This document shows positions 26,947-32,000 of a stretch of 32,000 nucleotides of DNA, piece after piece. The notes below the pieces were generated by a model that worked only from the letters and a program-made list of their open reading frames with translations, was not told the origin of the DNA and ran no database searches. Made by a program: the position numbers and the translations under genes. The number at the start of each line of letters is the position of its first letter. Position 1 is the stretch's first letter. Source of the DNA: Candidatus Baldrarchaeota archaeon (GTDB lineage: Archaea; Asgardarchaeota; Baldrarchaeia; Baldrarchaeales; DXJG01); NCBI GenBank assembly GCA_019056805.1, contig DXJG01000002.1, forward strand, positions 580,203 to 612,202. Reading direction: 5' to 3'.

Positions 26947-28254
26947 CTATGTGCCAACAATGTTGGTTATGAATGAGGGAAAGATCGAAGTGAAAGATTT
27001 CCATTCTTCCAGAAATTCTCCAAAAGTTAATTTTCTTCTTATAGCTTCTATTACACCATACAAGTAGGATGAGGCATATTTTACTGAAACTATTTGCCCA
27101 CCAATTACTCGTTCTTTTTCATCCAAAATTATATGCATCTTAGGATTAAATTTCTCAATAATTGGAATATGTCCCTTAAAATCTTTTTCAAAATTAATAG
27201 AAACAGTTTTTGCCTTAATATTAACTTCTTTTGCTGTTTCAATACTATGACCAGCAACCCCAACTTCTAAGCCGAAAACCTTTTGAATTTGAACCCTAAG
27301 AAAGCCTTTCACTTCAAGTTTTCCACCAACAGCGTTAACACCAGCCAGTTTCCCGGTTTGAGCAGCTATACTCCCAACTGGCATGTATAGATAATTACCG
27401 GAAATAAAATCTGGAACCTCAGCAACGTCTCCAGCCGCAAAAATACCCTCAACATTAGTTTTAGCCCTACCATTAATCAGTATTCCAACCTTACCAATTT
27501 TAACTCCAATAGACTTCGCTAAATCGACATTAGGCAAAACACCAGCCGTAAGAATAACTAGATCTGTTTTAATTTTTTCCCCGTCAATATCTACGCTTTC
27601 AACGCTGCCATTTCCATAAATCTCGTTAACTGTTCTTCCCGTTAAAAGCTTAACACCAAAATGTTCCACTCTCTTCTCAATAATCCGGCTCAAATCTTCT
27701 TCCAATAATCTCCATAGAATTCTAGGCATCTTTTCGACAATTAAAGGTTTTAAACCAATTTTTCGAAGTTTTTCAGCAACTTCCAATCCCACAAAACCAG
27801 CACCAACAATAACAACTTGTTTTGCTCTCTGAATTTTTTGTTTAATCTTTAAAGCATCTTTTAGACTCCAAATAGTAAAAACATTCTCCAAATTTACACC
27901 TGGAATTCTTGGTCTAATAGGTACACCACCACTTGCAAAAATCAATGAATCGAATCCAAGGGCTTCACGACGATTATTAGAACTAATAATAAGCTCTCTC
28001 TTTTCTCCGTTTATTTTTTCACATTTCCAACCAATTCTCAAATTAATATTTTCCTTACTTAGTAACTCGTCTTGATAAATTAAAATGTCTTTTACATCTA
28101 TTTTTCCAGCGATCAAAGAAGGTAAACTAGGTTTTCTATATGGATATTCAAGAGATATAATCGTAATAACTACCTCTTTATTGGAATTTCTAGCTGACAA
28201 CGCAGCATTAATACCTGCAACACCACCCCCTACAATTACAAGATTTTTAATCAT
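26947..28254 (-). CDS. FAD/NAD(P)-dependent pyridine nucleotide-disulfide oxidoreductase family protein lacking a redox Cys
   Basis: IVGGGVAG, FASGG, IVGAGFVGLE, TNVEGIFAAGDVAE; YPYRKPSL where NADH oxidase/CoADR have the Cys. ATG 28254 follows AGGTG (track 28263). Confidence 0.88.
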   Translation of the reverse strand: MIKNLVIVGGGVAGINAALSARNSNKEVVITIISLEYPYRKPSLPSLIAGKIDVKDILIYQDELLSKENINLRIGWKCEKINGEKRELIISSNNRREALGFDSLIFASGGVPIRPRIPGVNLENVFTIWSLKDALKIKQKIQRAKQVVIVGAGFVGLEVAEKLRKIGLKPLIVEKMPRILWRLLEEDLSRIIEKRVEHFGVKLLTGRTVNEIYGNGSVESVDIDGEKIKTDLVILTAGVLPNVDLAKSIGVKIGKVGILINGRAKTNVEGIFAAGDVAEVPDFISGNYLYMPVGSIAAQTGKLAGVNAVGGKLEVKGFLRVQIQKVFGLEVGVAGHSIETAKEVNIKAKTVSINFEKDFKGHIPIIEKFNPKMHIILDEKERVIGGQIVSVKYASSYLYGVIEAIRRKLTFGEFLEEWKSFTSIFPSFITNIVGT

Positions 28255-28431
28255 ACCGCACACCTTAACAACTAGCCTACTACCAACGAACTAAATAATA
28301 ATATGCAAATGCTACGACTAAGAACATTCTTCTAATACCTTTCTTTTTAATGTTTTAAATTTATTTACAGCCCCTAACTCTGTAGCTGTTTATTGGGAAG
28401 ATATTTCATGTAAGTTCAAAATAAAACTCGA

Positions 28432-28446
28432 GAATAAAGTTTATTC
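28432..28446. promoter_or_regulatory. 15-bp palindrome upstream of the carbamoyltransferase
   Basis: GAATAAA-G-TTTATTC, just upstream of TATA-like TATAATAGTTAAATA. Confidence 0.4.
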
Positions 28447-28490
28447 AACATCGGTATAATAGTTAAATAATACGAATTTAATGGAAATAG

Positions 28491-29522
28491 GTGAACTATA
28501 TGACCTATATTGATCTTTATGGGAAAGATCTTATAACTACGCAAGAATGGACAATAGAAGAGCTAGATTTCACATTAGAATTTGCAAAAGAATTGAAAAG
28601 ACGGTTCTATGCTAGAGATTTGCCGGAACTTTTGAAAAACAAAACTTTCTTTATGCTCTTCTATAACACTTCAACAAGAACTAGAGCGTCTTTTGAAGCT
28701 GCTATGACATTTCTAGGTGGACATGCACAGTTCGTAGATGTATCTACTACTAGAATCGGTGAGGGCGAAGTTATAAAAGATACTGCAAAAATGTATGAAC
28801 GTTATGGGCATGGACTTGGAATAAGAGTTTTAGAATCGGCCGTAGACTACGTGTATGGAAGAGGTAATGCTGTAATAAGAGAATACGCTAAACATGCAAA
28901 AATACCAGTCATAAACATGGCTGATGACATGTATCATCCTTGTCAAGGACTAGCAGATATCATGACAGTGCAAGAAAAGTTTCCAAAATACGAAAAGAAA
29001 AAATACGTGATAATGTGGGCATATTCCAACAAAATAAGATCTTGGTGCAGTGTACAAGAAGAAGCTCTAATAATGACAAGATATGGATTAGATGTGGTAA
29101 TAGCCAATCCACCAGAATTTGATTTAGACCCGAATATCTATGAAATATGCAGAAAAAACGCTGAAGAATCTGGAGGAAGCTTCGAAATAAGCAACGATTA
29201 CAAAGAAGCTTTAGAGGGAGCTCACATAGTTTTTCCAAGAAGCTGGGCAAGCCATCAATGTGTTATGATGGGAATAAACAAGTTCGGGAAAGAAAACGAG
29301 CTGGCTCTCCATGAAAAATATAGAGATTGGATGTTAACACGAGAATTAGTAGATCTCATGGATAAAAACAGCATAATAATGCATGTTCTACCAGTTTTCA
29401 GAGGAGAAGAAGCAACAGACGAAGTAATGGACGGCCCCCACTCAGTAATCTATGATCAAGCAGAAAATCGACTTCACGTACAAATGGCTGTACTAGCACT
29501 AGTAATGGGCGGCAGAACCTAA
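28491..29522 (+). CDS. Carbamoyltransferase, YgeW/N-acetylornithine (knotted)-like clade
   Basis: STRTRASFE, GLGIR, HPCQGLAD, WAYS, VFPRSW, MHVLP, QAENRLH; alternative start ATG 28500. Confidence 0.85.
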   Translation: MNYMTYIDLYGKDLITTQEWTIEELDFTLEFAKELKRRFYARDLPELLKNKTFFMLFYNTSTRTRASFEAAMTFLGGHAQFVDVSTTRIGEGEVIKDTAKMYERYGHGLGIRVLESAVDYVYGRGNAVIREYAKHAKIPVINMADDMYHPCQGLADIMTVQEKFPKYEKKKYVIMWAYSNKIRSWCSVQEEALIMTRYGLDVVIANPPEFDLDPNIYEICRKNAEESGGSFEISNDYKEALEGAHIVFPRSWASHQCVMMGINKFGKENELALHEKYRDWMLTRELVDLMDKNSIIMHVLPVFRGEEATDEVMDGPHSVIYDQAENRLHVQMAVLALVMGGRT

Positions 29523-29602
29523 CAAATCACCATTTCAATTTATTTATCCTTACTAATTTATCTGAAACCTTATTTAAATTAAGAAAGCTGTTATTCACAT
29601 AT

Positions 29603-30880
29603 TTGGTGATAAAAGTGAGTTTTGTAATAAAATTAAAATGTTCTCGATGCAGTGAAGAATATTCTCCAGAAGAAAAAGTTACAATGTGCCGTACACCTGG
29701 GTGCAAAGGTCTCGGAAGACTAGATATATACTATAACTATGATAAAATTTCTAAACAACTATCAAAATCAAAATTGGAGCAAAGAAAACCGGGAGTGTGG
29801 AAATATAAAGAACTACTTCCAATTAAAGATGGAACCAGAATAATTACATTGGGAGAGGGTAACACACCTCTCATAAAAGTGAAGAGATTAGGTGAAAAAC
29901 TTGGATTAAAAAATTTATACGTTAAGAATGAAATCGGAAACCCCACTGGAAGCTTCAAAGATAGACCAATGGTTATAGGCGTTACAAAAGCCTTGGAATT
30001 CGGAGTAAAGACTACCGTGACAGCAAGCAGTGGGAACGCAGCTGCAAGTCTTGCAGCATACTCAGCAAAAGCAGGTCTAGAATGTTACGCCTTTGTTCCA
30101 GAAACAGCACCCATAAGCAAAATAGCACAACTTTTTCTCTACGGTGCTAAAGTTGCACGCTTTAAAGGTTTAGAAAAAGGAGAGGATCCCACAGTAAAAA
30201 TGCTAATTGAGGCAAGTGAAAAATATGGATGGTACCCTTGCCCCAGCTTTGGACCCTTTAACCCATACCAAGCTGAAGGGGCAAAAACCATGTCCTACGA
30301 GATCATTGAGCAATTCGACTGGAATTCTCCAGATGTAATTTTTGTTCCAGTTGGTGGAGGCGGACTTTTAGCTGGAAACTGGAAAGGATTCAAAGAATTT
30401 TACGAACTAGGATTCGTAAAAAATCTTCCAAGAATTATTGCCGTGCAGCCCGAAGGTTGCGCCCCATTAATTAGAGCTTTTAAGAAAGGTGAAGATCCAC
30501 TTAACATAAGTAGGTGGGAGAGACCGAAAACTGTTGCAGGAGGACTTTCAGATCCTTACCCATGGGATGGAGATGCTGCACTCAAAAGCATTAGAGAATC
30601 AAATGGAGGTGGTGTTGCAGTTTCAGACAAAGAAATTCTCGAAGCACAAAAACTATTAGCAAAATATGAAGGCATATTTGCTGAGCCTTCAGGTGTAGCA
30701 TCGCTTGCTGGACTTATAAAAATGCTAAATGAAAACAAAATCGATAAAGATGAAACAATAGTAGTCGAAATCACAGGCAGCGGGTTCAAAGACATTGATA
30801 TAGTGATTAAACAGTTTAAACTACCACCAGCAATAGAACCAAACATAAAAGAACTAGAAAAAACTCTATTTTCTTCTTAG
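29603..30880 (+). CDS. Threonine-synthase-like fold-type II PLP enzyme with N-terminal Zn ribbon
   Basis: CSRC...CRTPGC, TLGEGNTPL, NPTGSFKDR (PLP Lys), ASSGNAAAS, VPVGGGG, EPSG, TGSGFK; likely start GTG 29615 after GGTGAT. Confidence 0.85.
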   Translation: MVIKVSFVIKLKCSRCSEEYSPEEKVTMCRTPGCKGLGRLDIYYNYDKISKQLSKSKLEQRKPGVWKYKELLPIKDGTRIITLGEGNTPLIKVKRLGEKLGLKNLYVKNEIGNPTGSFKDRPMVIGVTKALEFGVKTTVTASSGNAAASLAAYSAKAGLECYAFVPETAPISKIAQLFLYGAKVARFKGLEKGEDPTVKMLIEASEKYGWYPCPSFGPFNPYQAEGAKTMSYEIIEQFDWNSPDVIFVPVGGGGLLAGNWKGFKEFYELGFVKNLPRIIAVQPEGCAPLIRAFKKGEDPLNISRWERPKTVAGGLSDPYPWDGDAALKSIRESNGGGVAVSDKEILEAQKLLAKYEGIFAEPSGVASLAGLIKMLNENKIDKDETIVVEITGSGFKDIDIVIKQFKLPPAIEPNIKELEKTLFSS

Positions 30881-30941
30881 AGATCTGTTTAAAAATTCCT
30901 TATAACCAGTTTGTATACATTAAAAACATTTTTATATTCTT

Positions 30942-31451
30942 TTGTCTACAAAAGAATACATGATAATTGCCATCGATGCATGTACATTAATTTACTTAGC
31001 GAAGGCAGGACTGTTAGACTTTCTAAAAAGACTACCTTACAAATACATTATTGATAAAGAGGTTTATAATGAAGCAGTAATTAAAGGTATGGAAGAAAGA
31101 TACCCTGATGCATACCTACTAGAATACTTTATTAAAAAACAAAAAATAATAGAAATAGTCGGAGTAAATATATCAAAAGAAATTGATTATTTTGTTGGAG
31201 AAGGAGAAGCAAGCACGTACATGTTATCAGTGGAGAAAAATGCCATAGCGGTCACTTCCGATAGAGTAGCATATAAAAAGATGTTTAGACGTAACGCAAA
31301 AGTCGTACAAACAGATTTAATGTTTCTAAATGCTTATTTCAAGAAACTTATCAGCAAAAGAGAACTATTGGATGCATTAAACCGGCTATTAGCAGTTGGA
31401 GGTACAACTCCAGAACGTATTACATTCATACTTGAAAAAATTGGTGAATAA
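30942..31451 (+). CDS. PIN-domain protein (DUF3368/VapC-like), putative toxin
   Basis: IAIDACTLIYLAKAGLLDFL, VYNEAV, GEGEAS, VTSD; alternative start ATG 30960. Confidence 0.8.
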   Translation: MSTKEYMIIAIDACTLIYLAKAGLLDFLKRLPYKYIIDKEVYNEAVIKGMEERYPDAYLLEYFIKKQKIIEIVGVNISKEIDYFVGEGEASTYMLSVEKNAIAVTSDRVAYKKMFRRNAKVVQTDLMFLNAYFKKLISKRELLDALNRLLAVGGTTPERITFILEKIGE

Positions 31452-31452
31452 A

Positions 31453-31779
31453 ATGAAAAAAAGTAGGTTGATCTCAACAAGGCTAGAAGAAAAAGATGCA
31501 AAAATCCTGGAAGAAATAGCTCAAGAAGAAAATATCGATAAAGCAACACTAATCAGAAAATGGATTCTATCAAAAATTACAGAACATAAACTAGAAAAAG
31601 CAGCAGAAAAATACCAAAAAGGACTAATAAGCATAGAAGAAGGAGCAAAAATGGCAAACACAACCATATGGAAATTCATGGAATACATACGTGAAAAAAA
31701 CATATGGCCACCAATCCAAACCAAAGAAGAACTAGAAAAAGAACTAAAACACACCAAAAAACTACTAGAACCAAAGTAA
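31453..31779 (+). CDS. UPF0175-family protein (RHH-like N-terminus + HTH), putative antitoxin
   Basis: ISTRL...LEEIAQEENIDKATLIRKWI...KYQKGLISIEEGAKMANTTIWKFMEYI; ATG 31453 follows GGTGA, 1 bp after the PIN stop (track start 31396). Confidence 0.8.
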   Translation: MKKSRLISTRLEEKDAKILEEIAQEENIDKATLIRKWILSKITEHKLEKAAEKYQKGLISIEEGAKMANTTIWKFMEYIREKNIWPPIQTKEELEKELKHTKKLLEPK

Positions 31780-31975
31780 CCGACAAAACACTTAACTAAA
31801 CCTAATCAAATACTAATTCTAATCAACGAAATAAGTCCTTTATTAAACAAAATTTATTTCCCGAAAGTTCGTTAAAAATGTCTACAATTAGACCAACCTT
31901 AAATCTTAAAACTATAATAATACTACTTACTTTGATTAACAGTTTTCTGTCGTTAAAATTCTTATAACTACTCTT

Positions 31976-31995
31976 AATCCTCTTTTATGAGGATT
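31976..31995. other. Short hairpin/inverted repeat at window end
   Basis: AATCCTC-TTTTAT-GAGGATT; function unknown, downstream context missing. Confidence 0.25.
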
Positions 31996-32000
31996 TCTCT

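Noticed and set aside
28491-30880. Reading the pair as ordinary argF and thrC biosynthesis genes
   Set aside because: Ornithine-binding loop and phosphohomoserine phosphate ligands are not conserved; no other arg or thr genes nearby.
2111-31757. Short antisense or out-of-frame ORFs in the track (e.g. 2111+, 4035-, 5056-, 5365-, 6176-, 6905-, 7490-, 8070-, 9666-, 9898-, 10168-, 10909+, 12120-, 13821-, 14026-, 14656-, 18400-, 19589-, 19856-, 20204+, 20420+, 21070-, 22138-, 24963+, 28085+, 28940+, 28960-, 29737-, 30556-, 31334-, 31521-)
   Set aside because: Each lies wholly or mostly within a well-supported gene, with no motif or SD; typical shadow ORFs.
1-32000. CRISPR array, tRNA/rRNA, IS element, integrase, intein or selenocysteine recoding
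   Set aside because: No periodic repeat-spacer pattern, cloverleaf, transposase/integrase motif, oversized insertion or in-frame TGA in a conserved gene was seen by eye; tRNAscan-SE/Infernal would be needed to exclude small RNAs.

Overview
AT-rich (roughly one-third GC by eye), gene-dense archaeal chromosomal segment with GGTGA/GAGGTG ribosome-binding sites and many TTG/GTG starts. A Rab-like small GTPase and a longin-domain protein, alongside archaeal-type genes (deoxyhypusine synthase, TrpB2, MptA, ribose-1,5-bisphosphate isomerase), suggest an Asgard archaeon, probably thermophilic; this is an inference. About 35 CDSs are supported. I found no rRNA, tRNA, CRISPR array, transposase or integrase. 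The main leads are: (1) a longin + winged-helix protein resembling GATOR1 subunit NPRL2, lying 2.2 kb from the Rab-like GTPase among amino-acid metabolism genes; (2) an ~11 kb block (QueT-like ECF transporter, nucleoside phosphorylase, R15P-isomerase, flavin oxidoreductase, YgeW-like carbamoyltransferase, ThrC-like PLP enzyme) in which several enzymes have altered active-site motifs, suggesting an undescribed nucleoside/ureide catabolic route; (3) a tightly coupled mptA-queD-DUF362/ferredoxin operon; (4) a Firmicutes-type split Fe-S serine dehydratase with palindromes around its TATA box. All family assignments come from motif recognition by eye; no database searches were run.
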